Source of the DNA: the human T2T-CHM13v2.0 reference genome, Homo sapiens
DNA: 64,000 nucleotides
NCBI RefSeq assembly: GCF_009914755.1
Contig: NC_060935.1
Strand: one strand, 5' to 3'
Below the pieces are notes generated by a model. It made no database searches. It was not told the DNA's origin and was given only the letters and a program-made list of their open reading frames with translations. The position numbers and the translations under genes are program-made. Below, in pieces: positions 1-13,392 of the stretch; the first letter of the stretch is position 1, and the number at the start of each line of letters is the position of its first letter.

Positions 1-1677
1 GCTACATTTAATAATCGTTAGTAATAGTTATGGCTTTCTTTGCTATTATTATTATTGCTGTCAGTACCACAGTGAATTAGAAAGAAATATGTAGATTCCC
101 AATGCACAACAGAGAATGCTAAGTCTTCATTCAGCTGGCTGAATGATATGGTGAAGATTATTTTCATAGCCAGTACTAAAATCAGTGGCTTTGCATTTCC
201 AGGCTGGTGATCAGAACAACAGAGCCCACAGCTACAACCTAATCTCAAGAATCATACCTGCTTCTTTAACAGAAAACAGAAATGAAATCCATTCATTACT
301 GGTCTGTGACATATTTGGTAGCATTCAGAAACTCAATTTCTATGATCATCTTTATTCATTTATCTAAAACAGAAGTTGTGATGAAAAAAAATTGAAGACG
401 ATTTATGTGCTTAACTGGCACCAGAAAATTCAAGATGTTATGCAACTTCAATTTTTAAATAGCATTTTCTTCCACCTCAGAATCACAAGCACAGGAAAAA
501 TAACCAACCTTTGTTTTGAACTCCCTTGCTTTTGTCATTTCATGGCAAATTCTAAAATGCTTACAGATAACAACTTTGATTCATTCTGACTAGGTAGATG
601 AAGCCAGTCTAATAGCAAATGCTGGTATTCCAACTTCAAAAGATATGTAGAGCTAAGTCATTTCCTATTTATGATCTATCATCCTTTCTGAAGTATAAAA
701 AATGTTGCATAGACTATACGGACAGAAGAGGAAAAATTAAATTTAACAACTTTCTGCAACAGGCATGCCTTTCTCTAGAGACAACCCCAATTATCTTAAC
801 TGTAATAAGAAGTTAATTGTTAGTAGCCTTCCCTCTGCCAACTTTCTTCAACTTCAGTCCCCAAACATGCAGACTGCCTTCAAAGTAAATAAAGATTCAT
901 TGCAGGAACAGGGATGCAAGTGGCTCAAGCTGGAAGCAATGACCCAAGGGGCTTATATTAAATTTGATCTCTGACTTTAATTGTGACTCTAAACAGATGA
1001 TAAATTACCCTTTATTTGAACTCAACAGCTGTGTACTCTCCCCATCTTAGTCCCACTCCCCTCTCCTCTAACCCTTCCTAATATAATTCTCTTTCAATAT
1101 CTCCTACCTCTGTTAATATGACCGTTATCTATTAGTCACTGTGTCCCTTCCGGACCCCTACAAAGTCTCTATTCAACTGTGCTGGTTCCTCTCCTAATGC
1201 CTTCCCAGATGCTAAGGAGTTAGGTCTTTTCCATGCTATTTGTTCTACCACTTCCCTTTCTACTAACAATCCCAATCATTGTACCATGCAAACTGGAGGG
1301 GACCTATTCCTTTAACTAAAAAGGAACATGTTGCAAGCAATGGGAACATCATATTCATCAGTGGCAATATGGCCTCAGCTTGTGAAGGGCTTAGCAAACT
1401 ACCAGACCTCAATAGCACTCCCTCTTTAAAGATTGCTAAACCTTTATCTTTGATCAGCACATTTCTGGTCTCTCAAGCATAGCTGAGAAAAGGAACTCAG
1501 AACTAGAGTTCTGATAGCACCAGGTCACAGAGGTTCATTGTCATGTCACAAACAACTGCCACCACTTTTATTATTTGAGTCAGTTTTATTGTTCTCCTAG
1601 TATAGGAAGAATACTGTTTAAAATAAACCCTGGCTGCTATTGATTGTTCCTTTTGACCAATCATATAATTACTCTTC

Positions 1678-1750
1678 AGAGAGACAGAGAGGGAAAGGGA
1701 AAGGGGAAGGGAGAGAGAGACGGAGCGAGAGAGGGAGAGAGTGAGAGAGA
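1678..1750 (+). repeat. GA-rich simple repeat
   Basis: Near-continuous gagagacagagagggaaagggaaaggggaagggagagagagac... purine tract. Confidence 0.85.
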
Positions 1751-2689
1751 ATATGATGTAAATCTAGCTTTTGGCTAGATTTTACATAGCAGAGAAATTC
1801 TGGAATGACTGTTGAGGGTGACACAAAGAATAGAACATATCTTTTAGATTGATTTATTACCCTTTAAAGTGAAGGCAAAATAATCCATTAGATATGGAAT
1901 ATTAGAACTTTTGTCTCATTTCAAAATTTTATTTTGCATGTGTATTGTTTGTATATGCATAGAATATTGATAAAATGGTAAATGTGGATAATTTATAAAT
2001 AAATCAATCTACAGATACTAGTGGAGGCTCAAAAATGTTTTACCTACATTGGTAAGCTATTTACAAAGTTTGGAAACTGCTAGATTAATACATTACCCAA
2101 AGAACAGAAAGATGCCTAGAGGTACAGTAACATTCCAGTTATTCACTTTTGTTGAGCCATTTCACTCACTCCATGGACCCAGAGCCAAAGCCATTTTTTT
2201 TGTTTTATATATAATTCAGATTACAAGGGTAAAAGGTGGGGTGGTTGGCATTTCTGTCCATAAAAACACTTGCCAAACAATTGAAGCATAATCCTCAGAT
2301 TTTTACATTCCTCTAAACCAGAAATCTCATAGTTTCCCTAGAATCCTCCCTCTCTGTCACCATCCAAATATTAACTGCTCACCAAGGACTGCTGATTTTT
2401 TGTGCAAATACTGCCTGCTGTCCCTCCACTCCATTTTCTCTGCAACTTTGCCACAATGTATATGTACACTGTGGCTCTTGTGAATGGTGTGTTCCCTGGA
2501 ATTGCGCATTACATGGTCTTGACTTTTGTATTCAGTGACTGTGCCTGTTACTTCTCTAACTTGAGCAGTTACCACTTCTTTTCTTTTTTTTTTTTTTTAA
2601 CTTTGAGTACTTATCACTTCTTACCTCAACAATTGCAGTTGTCCTTGCCTTTTATTGCCTTCTAATTCATCTTTCCTAGAAGTATATCT

Positions 2690-3242
2690 AAAAGGCCAAG
2701 TTTGATAATGACCCAGAGCCACACTTCTAAAATTTTCCTATGGCTTACCATGGCCTTCAAGATAAAGTTTGAGCTGCTTTGCAGATAGCCTGTATATTCT
2801 ACCACCTGAATCTGGGTTTATCTCCCATCATTACCAATATAATTATACCCTTAAAATACTGAATTTGCTGTGGTGTCCGACACATCACTATGTTTCTTGG
2901 GTCTTTACATATTGTGCACTAACTTTCAATTGTCTAGGATGCCCTTCATTCCCCAACCCCAAACATTTATTTGCCTAGGTAACTCCTGTTCTTTCCTCAA
3001 GACTCAGCTTGGTTCTCATAGAAGACTTTACCTTAACCTTCACACTAGCGTCAGTTCATCAGACCGCTATCACTTCACTTAATAGATTTATTCTCACATA
3101 AAGTATCCATATGATCAGTTTCTTTGTCAGTCTCTTCCCTGGATTGAAAATTTATTGAAGTCAAGTACCTTATAATTTTTGCATTCCCAGTGCCTAACAT
3201 ATAATGTGAGCATAAAATTATTTATTAAACTGAACTGAATGT
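2690..3242. mobile_element. Old LINE-2 3'-end fragment
   Basis: L2-like motifs ending cccagtgcctaacata...tttattaaactgaactgaatg; highly diverged, boundaries approximate. Confidence 0.55.
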
Positions 3243-4829
3243 GTACTTTTATTTCTTCAGAATGTCATATGCAACAGGGGATTCAGGTTTTTACCTAGGG
3301 CATCCTTAACCATATTCTCAGACAGCACATCTCTTAGTATTTAGCTAGTCCAGAGCTTACCACCCACAAAATAGATATAAAATAGGGGAGAAAATTATCC
3401 TTTCATTTAAAAAAAAAAAGCTCTTTTATAATATCAAGTATTTTCTAAGGAACATGACTTCTGACAATTCAAAGTTTCTTTGTTCTGCTGCACTTTGACG
3501 AGTTTGGGATTGCAAGTTGTCCTCAGGAGCTAGTAGCTAAATTTCTATGCAAAATTGAGGGAAAAACTTAGAGCTGAAGAGGACAATGTGTGAAGGAGGA
3601 GCAGAGGAGGAGAAGGAATGAGAGACATAAGCAAGCCGGCAAATTGGGAATTACATGAGAAAGTGCCTCCCGTCACCCATCCCTTAGCCCTGTCATCTTA
3701 AGATTATTAGTTCATAGAATTTGTGGCATGAGTATATTTCTGGTGGAAACTGAAGAAAAGGATAAAAAATAAGCTTATGCGTACATAGGAGTGAGAAGTA
3801 GGGAAGAACATGAGAGTCAAAGTCCACTGAGATGAGTAGCAATCCTCAGAAATTTGGATTTCTTAGGCATGGAATGAACTGGCATTGAAACCAATCACCT
3901 CTAAATCTCTGAGAAGCAGAGAAACCTTGATTAACATTTGGAACCACAACAGAGAAAAAGAAAAGGTGCAATGCAGTATTATAACTCCATGCATTTAAAA
4001 AGACATAGCAGAGATACATTGATAAAGGTTTCAAATTAAAAAAATATTATTCTTGCAAAAAGTGAAAAATTCCTAGAACACCATCAGGTTTCAAAGAATA
4101 CAGAGATAATTCTGGACCACATTAACTAGGAAAGACTATGTATGGTAAAAGCAAGATCGATACTAGGCTCTGACTTACCTGAAGACATGAGTTAATGGAC
4201 ACACTTTAGAAAAGGAATAAGCAGAAGTGCAGAAGCAGCAGTTAAAAAAATAGGTCAAAAAACAATAGATCAAATAGAAGGTGTATTTGAGACAAATAAC
4301 ATACTTTTCATCCAGAAATGTAGCATCTCACCTCTTTGAACTGTATCAAATAGCTTAGCATTCTGACCAAATGCTTTCATTCAGCTATCAGTGATCTCAT
4401 TACCAATTTGTATGCTCTAAAAACAAGCCATCCTACTAAGAACTTTTTAGGAATAAAAGTACCCTGAGCATCTAATACTAATAACTTCAAATTTTCCCTA
4501 TGAACTTTTATTAGCCACAGTATTTGAATCACTTTGAAGAGAGAACAATTCTTGCTTTTACTATATTTTACAAAAAGACCCTAGTGCTTTACACAACATT
4601 AAAATCTTTCTAAGTCCTCAGTGTCACCAAGGCTCAATTTCTCATATTGGTCCTTGGAAGATGAGGTAACTAGATCATGTTTTATAAAGTTCCATTAAAA
4701 TTATGAGGACATGTCATAGAATATATACCTGTCACTTCATTAGTACCATAGATGCTCACTGCTTTTTTCAGATAGGCTGAGTTGAATCTTCTTGTTTGTT
4801 TCTCATGTAAGACAATAGTTCAGAGGCCC

Positions 4830-5000
4830 TAGAAAAGGATTGGCTGGGCTCATATCCATGTTCAGTTCCTACTAAGATATGTGACCTTATGCAAGTTATT
4901 TCAGTTTTCTCTGCAACTCTTTCCTCATCTGTAAAATTAGGATGCTAATAATAGTGCCTATCTTGTTTGTAAGAATTAAATGAGCTAATCCTACTGTATG
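4830..5000 (+). mobile_element. MIR SINE fragment
   Basis: MIR core-like tgtgaccttatgcaagttattt...tttcctcatctgtaaaattaggatgctaataatagtgccta. Confidence 0.7.
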
Positions 5001-5126
5001 TGTACTGATGAGTTTGGTTCAGCTGTGAGAAAGAAAGGCCCAGAGAAAGAAGTCCACAGGTCAGCAAGCTGGTAGGGTGGCTCCATGGTATCAGGAAGCT
5101 AGGCTGTTTCTCTTGTTGATCTACAG

Positions 5127-5476
5127 CACGGGTCCCCAACCCCCAGGCCATGGACCATTACCAATCTGGTCCATGCCTATTAGGGACTGGGCCTCGCAAC
5201 AGGAGGTGAGCTGCATTTGAGCAAGAATTACTGGCTGAGCTCCACCTCCTGTCAGATCAGCAGTGACATTAGATTCCCATAGGAGTGTGAACCCTACTGT
5301 GAGATGCACATACAAGGGATCCAGGTTGTGTTCCCCTTATGAGAATGTAACTAATGCCTGATGATCTGAGATGGAACCAGTTTCATACTGAAACCTTCTG
5401 CTAACACCCCTCAATCTCTGCAAAAATTGTCTTCCACAAAACCAGTCCCTGGTGCCAAAAAGTTTGGGGACCACTG
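5127..5476 (+). mobile_element. MER1B-like hAT-Charlie non-autonomous DNA transposon, inserted in an old MaLR (MLT1-like) LTR remnant
   Basis: TIRs cacgggtccccaac ... gtttggggaccactg; 8-bp TSD atctacag (5119-5126) / ctctacag (5477-5484), typical of hAT elements. Confidence 0.88.
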
Positions 5477-6019
5477 CTCTACAGTACTTAGATTCTATTT
5501 TCATGGTTATTTCATTATCCTAAGGAGCTGTTGAAACTAGAGGCATCATCTTTGCATTTCAGACAGTAAGAGGAAGGGTCAAAAGAGAGAGTATTAGTTA
5601 TCTGCAAATTACACTTCTTGGACACCCCACACAAGACCCTTACTGTCCTCTCACCAAGCAAAACTTATCACATGATCTACCTATGAAAGAAATTAGGAGA
5701 GGAGAGGAGAGGTAGAGGTTATAATCTTTTAGCTAAATTGTAGTATGCCTAGATTTTTATAAAAATCAGATTTATTTTACTAAAGAAAAAGGGAAAATAA
5801 GTAGCAGTCTGTCCTATACTATGTGAACATTCAATATACTTTGTAGAATATAGGCAGTGTTCAATAAACTCAAGACATTGTATTTTTAATAATCTAATTA
5901 TTAAGATACATTAAGTTTTCTCATTGCTTAACATAATACAAATTCTAGGTTCTAGGTCCAAAATTCACTTGTTTATTAAACTACAGATAATCTCTTTAAT
6001 GTTCTCTGCAACTCTAGAT

Positions 6020-6319
6020 TTTGGTTTGTTTGTTTTTTAAGACAGGGTCTGGCTCTGTCACTCAGGGTGGAGTGTAGTGGCATAATCACAGCTAACTGAA
6101 GCCTTGACCTCTCTGGCTCAAGTGATTCTATCACCACAGCCTCTGGAGTAGCTGTGACTACAGGTGCATGCCACCACACCCGGCTAATATTTGTACTTTT
6201 TTAGAGACAAAGTTTCAGTGTGTTGTGCAGGCTGGTCTCAAACTCCTGGGCTCAATCAGTCCTCCCACCTCAGCCTCCCAAAGTGCTAGAATTACAGGCA
6301 TGAGCCACCATGCTCACCC
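6020..6319 (-). mobile_element. AluJ-type SINE
   Basis: Reverse-complement Alu dimer (gacagggtct...cctcccaaagtgctagaattacaggcatgagccacc), highly diverged; flanking ctagat repeat. Confidence 0.9.
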
Positions 6320-6711
6320 TAGATCTTTTTTATTTTGGTAAAATTAATACAATGTTTTTCTTTTTTTTCCACTGCTAATTACCTTCTAGAACCTGTATCA
6401 TTTTGGTCAAATTATAATTTAGTCTCCATAATTTGAACATAATTCTTATACAATGGGTTTATGCATACTTTGATTTTTTTTGTTTAACTAGGAGGTGTTA
6501 AAAAAATTCAACTGAGAGATCACTAGAATGTGATAGCTCCAGTGCCCTGGGTTCGTACATAAGCAAACCAAGACCCAACTCAGTGTAAACAGTAAAACAA
6601 AACTTAAGCTTAACCAATCAAAAACTACCAGCTAACATCTAACTAGAGACTTGCCAATCATAAACCACTAATTTAACTAGAGACTTTCCATTTTAACCAA
6701 TCAAATATTTT

Positions 6712-9700
6712 CTTATTACTTCAATAGGTTTTTGGGGAAACAGGTGGCATTTGGTTACATGTGTAAGTTCTTCAGTGGTGATTTCTGAAATTTTGGTACA
6801 CCCATCACACGAGCAGTGTACACTGTACCCAATGTGTAGCCTTTATCGCTCAACCCCCTTCCATCCTTTCCCCCAAGTCCCCAAAGTCCATTGTGTCATT
6901 CGTATGCCTTTGTATCCTCATAACTTAGCTCCCACTTATGAGTGAAAACATGCGATGCTTGGTTTTCCATTCCTGAGTTATTTCACTTAGAATAACGGTC
7001 TCCAATTCCATCTAGTTGCTGTAAATGCCATTATTCCATTCCTTTTCATGACTGACTAGTATTTCCTGGTGTGTGTGTGTGTGTGTATGTGTGTGTGTGT
7101 GTGTATCACAATTTCTTTATCCACTCGTTGATTGATGGACATTTGGGCTGGTTCTGTATTTTTCCAATTGCTAATTGTGCTGCTATAAATATGTGTGTGC
7201 AAGTATCATTTTAGTTCTTTAAGAAGTCTCCACACTGTTTTCCATGGTAGTTGTACTAGTTTACATTCCCACCAGCAGTGTAAAAGTGTTCCCTTTACAT
7301 CACATCCATGTCAATATCTATTAATTTTAATTTTTTCATTATGGCCATTTTTGCAGGAGTAGGGTGGTATTGTATTGTGGTTTTGATTAGCATTTCCCTG
7401 ATCATTAGTGACACTGAGCATTTTTAAATATATTCCTTGGCCATTGTATATCTTCTTTTGAGAAATGTTTATTGATTTCCTTAGCCCACTTTTTGATGGG
7501 ATTGTTTTTCTTCTTGCTCCTTTGAGTTCTTTGTAGATTCTGGGTATTAGTCCTCTGTCAAATGTACAGATTGCAAAAATTTTCTCTCACTCTGTGGGCT
7601 ATTTCCTTTGCTGATTGTTTCTTTTGCCATGCAGAAGCTTTTTAGTTTAATTAAGTCCCATCTATTTATCTTTGTTTTTGTTGCATTTGCTTTTGGGTTC
7701 TTGGTCATGAAGTCTTTGCCTAAGCCAAAGTCGAGAAGGGTTTTTCTGATGTTATCTTGTAGAATTTTTATGGTTTCAGGTCTTAGATTTAAGTCCGTGA
7801 TCCATCTTGAGTTGATTTTTCAATAGGGTGAGACATGAGGATCCAGTTTTATTCTTTTACACATGGCTTGCCAATTATCCCAGCACCATTTGTTGACTAG
7901 GATGTCCTTTCCCTACTTTATGTTTTTGTTTGCTTTGTTGAAGATCAGTTGGCTGTAAGTATTTGGCTTTATTTCTGGGTTCTCTATTCTGTTCCATTGG
8001 TCTATGTGCCTATTTTTATACCAGTACCATGCTGTTTTGTTGACTATGGTCTTACAGTATAGTTTGAAGTCAGGTAATGTGGTGCCTCCAGATTTGTTCT
8101 TTTTGCTTAATCTAGCTTTGGCTACGTGAGCTCTTTTTTGGTTCCATATGAATTTTAGGGTTGTTTTGTCTAGTCCTGTGAAGAATCATGATTGTTTTGT
8201 CTAGTTCTGTGAAGAATGACAGTGGTATTTTGATGGGAATTGCATTGAATTTGTAGATTGCTTTTGGTGGTATGGTCATTTTCACAATATTGATTCTACC
8301 CATTCACGAGCATGGGAAGTGTTCCCATTTTTTGTGTCATCTGTGATTTCTTTCAGCAGTGTTTTGTAGTTTTCCTTGCAGAGGTCTTTCACCTCTCCTT
8401 GGTTAGGTATATTCCTAAGTATTTTATTTTATTTTATTTTATTTTATTGCAGCTATTGTAAAGGGGGTTGAGTTCTTGATTTGATTCTCAGCTTGGTTGC
8501 TGTTGGTGTATAGCAGAGCTACTGATTTGTGCATATTAATTCTGTGTCTTGAAACTACAGTTCTAGTAGCTTTTGGGAGGATTCTTTAGGGTTTTCTAGG
8601 TATACAATCATATCATCAGCAAACAATGATAGTTTGACTTTCTCTTTACTGATTCAGATGCCCTTTCTTTCTTTCTCTTGTCTGATAGCTCTGGCTAGGA
8701 ATTCCAGCACTATGTTGAAATGAATTGGTGAGAGTGGACATCCTTGTCTTGTTCCAGTTCTCAGAGAGAATGCTTTCAACTTTTCCCCATTCAGTATTAT
8801 GTTGGCTGTGGGTTTGTAATAGATGGCATTTATTACTTTAAGGTATGTCCCTTCTGTGCTGATTTTGCTGAGAGTTTTAATCATAAAGTGATGCTAGATT
8901 TTGTCAAATGCTTTTTCTGCTTCTACTGAGATGATCATCTGATTTTTGTTTTAAATTCTGTTTATGTAATGTATCACCATTATTGATTTGCATATATTAA
9001 ATCATCCCTGCATCCCTGTTAGGAAACCCACTTAATCATGGTGGATTATCTTTTTGATATGTTGTTGGATTCGCTTAGCTAGTATTTTGTTAAGGATTTT
9101 TGCATATGTGCAATATTTGTGCGTAGTTTTTTTGTTGTTGTTACCTTCTTTCCTAGTTTTGGTATTAGGGTGAACTGGCTTCATAGAATGATTTAGGGAG
9201 GATTCCCGCTTTCTCTATGTCATAGAATAGTGTCAGTAGGATTAGTACCAATTCTCCTTTGAATGTCAGATAGAATTCAGCTGTGAATATGTCTGGTCCT
9301 GGACTTTTTTTTGTTGGCAACTTTTTTTTTATTACCATTTCAATCTCACTGCTTGTTATTGGCTGTTCAGAATTTCTGTTTCTGAGTTTATCTAGGAGGG
9401 TTTTATATTTCCAGCAATTTATCCATCTCCTCTAAGTTTTCTATTTTATGTGCATAAAGGTATTGTTCATAGTAGCCTTGATGATCTTTTGTATTTCTGT
9501 AGCATCAGTTCTAACATCTCCCATTTTGTTTTTAATTGAGCTTATTTGGATCTTCTGTCTTATTTTCTTGGTTGATCTTGCTAATAGTCTATCAATTTTA
9601 TTTATCTTTTCAAAGAACTAGCTTTTTGTTTCATTTATCTTTTGCATTTTTGGTTTTAATTTCATTTAGTTCTGCTCTAACCTTTGGTATTTTTCTTCTG

Positions 9701-12392
9701 CTGCTGGGTTTAGGCTTGGTTTGTTCTTGTTTCTATAGTTCCTTGAGGTATGACCTCAGATTGTCTATTTGTGCTCTTTCAGACTTTTTGATATAGGCAT
9801 TTCAGCCTATAAACTTTCCTCTTAGCACAGCCTTTGCCATATTCCAGATGTTTTGATAGTTTATGTCACTATTATTTTTCAAAGAATTTTTTAATTTCCA
9901 TATTGATTTCATTGTTGACCCAGTGATCATTCAGGAGCAGGTTATTTAATTTCCATGTGTTTGCATGGTTTTGAGGGTTCCTTTTGGAGTTGATTTCCAA
10001 TTTTATTACATTGTAGTTAGAATACTTGATAGAATTTCAATTTTCTTAAATTTATTGAGACTTGTTTTGTGGCCTATCATATAGTGTATCTTGGAGAATG
10101 TTTCATGTGTTTATGAATAGAATGTATATTCTCCAGTTGTTGGGTAGAATGTCCTGTAAATATACTTTAAGTCCACTTGTTCTAGAGTATAGTTTAAATC
10201 TATTGTTTCTTTGTTGACTGTCTTGATGACCTGTCTCGTGCTGTCAGTGGAGTATTGAAGTCCCCCTCTATTATTGTGTTGCTCTGTATCTCATATCTTA
10301 GGTCTAGTAGTAATTGTTTTATAAATTTAGGAGCTTCAATGTTAGGTGCATATATATTTAGGATTGTGATATTTTTCTGTTGGATAAGATTTTTCTTCAT
10401 TATATAATGCCCATCTTTGTCTTTTTAATGGCTGTTGCTTTAAAGTTTGTTTTGCCTGATATAAGAATAGCTACGTCTGCTTGCTTTTGGTGTCCATTTG
10501 CATGGACTACCTTTTTCCACCCCTTTACCTTAAGTCTATGTGAGTCCTTATGCATTAGGTGAGTCTCTTGGACAGCAGGTACTTGGTTGGTAAATTCTTA
10601 TCTATTCTGCCATTCTGTTACTTTTAAGTGCCATTCTGTTACTTTTACTTTAGGCCATTTACATTCAATGTTAGTATTGACATGTGAGGTACTATTCTAT
10701 TCATCATGTTATTTGTTGCCTGAATACCTTGTTTTTTTTTTTTTTTCATTGTGTTGTTATATAGGTCCTGTGAGATTTATGCTTTAAGGAGGTTCTATTT
10801 TGGTATATTTTGAAGATTTATTTCAAGAGTTAGAGCCCCTTTTAACAGTTCTTCTAGTGCTGGCTTGGTAGTGGGAAATTCTCTCAACTTTTTTTTTTCT
10901 TTGTCTGAAAAACACTGTATCTTTCCTTCATTTACAAAGCTTAGTTTCAATGGATACAATATGCTTGGCTGACAATTGTTTTGTTTAAGGAGGCCGAAGA
11001 TGGGCCCCAATCTCTTCTAGCTTGTAGGGTTTCTGCTGAGAAATCTGCTGTTGATCTGTTAGGTTTTCCTTTATAGGTTACCTGGTGCTTTTGCCTCACA
11101 ACTCTTTAAGATTCTTTCCTTCATCTTGACTTTAGATAACCTGATGACTATGTGTCTAGGTGATGATCTTTTTGTGGTAAATTTCCCAGGTGTCCTTTGA
11201 GCTTCTTCTATTTGGATGTCTATTGGGTAGTGCAAAAGTTATTGCATTTTCTGTCATTCAAAGTAATGGCAAAAACCTAAATTACATTTGCACCAACCTA
11301 ATAGATCTCTAGCAAGACTGGTGAAGTTTTCCTTGACTATTCCCTTAAATATGGTTCCTAAACTATTAGATTTCTCTTCTTCTTTAGGAACACCAATTAT
11401 TCTTAGACTTGGTTGTTTAACATATTCCCAAATTTCTTAGAGGCTTTGTTCATTTTTAAAATTATTTTTTGTCTTTGTTGTTGTATTGAGTCAATTCAAA
11501 AACTTTATCTTCAAGATCTGAAGTTCTTTCTTCTACTATTCAATTCATTGCTGACACTTTCCACCATATTTTGCATTTCCCTAAGTGTGCCCTTCACTTT
11601 CAGAAGTTGTGATATTTTAATTTATGCTATCTATTTCACTGAATATTTTTCCCTTCATATCTTGTATCTTTTTTACATTTAAGTTGGAATTCACTTTTTT
11701 TCTGGTGCCTCATTGATTAGCCTAATAATTGATCTTCTGAATTATTTTTTCTGGCAATTCAGGGATTTCTTCTTGGTTTGGATCCATTGCCAGTGAGCTA
11801 ATGTGATCTTTTGGGGGTACTAAAGAACCTTGTTTTGTCATATTATCAGAATTATTTTTGTGTTTTTCTCAATTGTTCTTTTGTGTAGAATATGTCAGAG
11901 GTAATATCTGGGGCTCAAGGGCTTCTGTTCAGATTATTTTGTTCCATGCTCCCTTGATATAGTGCTCCCCCATTCCCCTAGGGATATGGCTTCCTGGGAG
12001 CTGAACTGTAGTGATTGTTATTTCTCTTCTGGATCTAGCCACTCAGTGGAGTTACCAGGTTCCGGGCTGGACTGGGGGGGTGTCTGTACAGAGTCCTGTG
12101 ATATGAACCATCTTCACATCTCTTAGCTGTGTATAGCAGCACCTGCTCCAGTGGAGGTGGCAGGGGAGTGATATAAACTCTGTGATGGTTCTTGTAGTTT
12201 TGTTTATTGCACTAGTTTTCTGTTGGTTGGCCTCCTTCCAGGAGGTGGTGCTTTCAAGAGAGCATCAGCTGTGGTAGTATAGTGGGAGTCAGGCTGTGGG
12301 TGGCGTCCTAGAGCTCTCAAGAGATTGTGTCCTTTTGTCTTTGGAGTTTTTCAACTATTTACCAGGGCCTGCAGGAGAAATCCACTTCCTTC
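6712..12392 (-). mobile_element. Near-full-length LINE-1, L1PB-like, degenerate
   Basis: L1PB-type 3' UTR at 6712-6950; ORF2 fragments (MGRINIVKM..., [28 protein letters not shown]...GDFNTPL); ORF1 fragment (QPSILYPLKLSF); 5' UTR-like sequence to ~12390; many stops and deletions. Confidence 0.93.
11223..11301. mobile_element. MADE1 (Hsmar1-derived mariner MITE) inserted in L1PB ORF1
   Basis: ~80-bp palindrome ttgggtagtgcaaaagttattgc...aattacatttgcaccaacctaa with TA duplicated (11221-11222 / 11302-11303). Confidence 0.92.
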
Positions 12393-12943
12393 CCAAATAT
12401 TTCATTTGTCTTGCTTTTACAAACCACCTTATAGAAGTTTTCCCCTCCCCTTTTCTCAATGAAGCCTAAACTGCTGTGGTTTGGTGCTGCCCAATTCATG
12501 ACTTGCTGTCTGCTCAAATAAATTCTTTAAAATTTTAATGAGCCTAAGTTTGTATTTTAACAGAGGTAACTAAAAAATACCTTTTCACTTTTATTGTATT
12601 TTCGCATCTCAGTTGTTAAAACAATGTCTAAGCCCATGTTGCTACCTTAAAAATAATATCCTTAAAACAATTCCATCTTTGATATTAAATCCATACAGTG
12701 ATAGGATCTTTATTCTAATCAGTAATCTCCATTGTGTCTCTCCTGTATGTGTGAAAATACTTTGAAAGCATACAGTATCCTGACTGACCATAGGGCAGTT
12801 TATAAAAGATTTTTGTTAATTTTTTTTTTCAAAAATCCTTCAATCATTTTTTTCTACAACCTCATTGTTATGTTAAAAATTACATACAAACTGTACTAAG
12901 AGTTCCAAATAGTCACATGAGAATCAAATAAATATTTCATAGG

Positions 12944-13392
12944 TGTTAGAGAAATATTGTAAACAAATTGAACTTAACAAAGTTTAATTCAGCAAAGAAT
13001 GATTCGTGAATCATACTGCTCCCAAACCAGAATAGGTTCAAAGAGACTCCAGTGCTGCCATGAGATCAAAGAAAATTTATGGACAGAAAAATGAAAGTGA
13101 CAGACAGAAAATGTAAGTGCAATGCATGAACAGCCAGATTGGTTACAGCTCAGCATTTGCCTTATTTGAACGCAGTTTGAATAGTTGGCCACTTCTGGTT
13201 GTCCAAAACTCGATGACTGAAACAAGAGTAGACCACAGTCATTTTACACATCCAGTTAGGTTATAGTTCACTAGGTACAGAGCAACTTTTAGGCCATACT
13301 TAAAATATGTAAGAAGACAGCCACTATGTACAGAGAAACCTTTAGGCCATACTTAAAATATGTAAGGAGACTGCTTTAGGCTAAACTTAACA
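12944..13392 (-). mobile_element. MER57-family ERV1 solo LTR
   Basis: TG...CA termini, 4-bp TSD tagg (12940-12943 / 13393-13396); reverse-complement homologue of the LTR at 23749-24146. Confidence 0.88.

Larger units (their letters stand above)
6496..12562 (+). mobile_element. ERV1-class (MER4-group-like) solo LTR split by the L1PB insertion (halves ~6496-6711 and ~12393-12562)
   Basis: Begins TGTT, ends AACA, 4-bp TSD gagg (6492-6495 / 12563-12566); CCAAT repeats in left half, AATAAA in right half; caaatattt duplicated at both L1 junctions. Subfamily not determined. Confidence 0.8.

Noticed and set aside
8160-10650. Small tandem duplications inside the L1PB (~33 bp at ~8160-8220; 21 bp at ~10608-10650)
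   Set aside because: Ordinary slippage decay in a dead L1.
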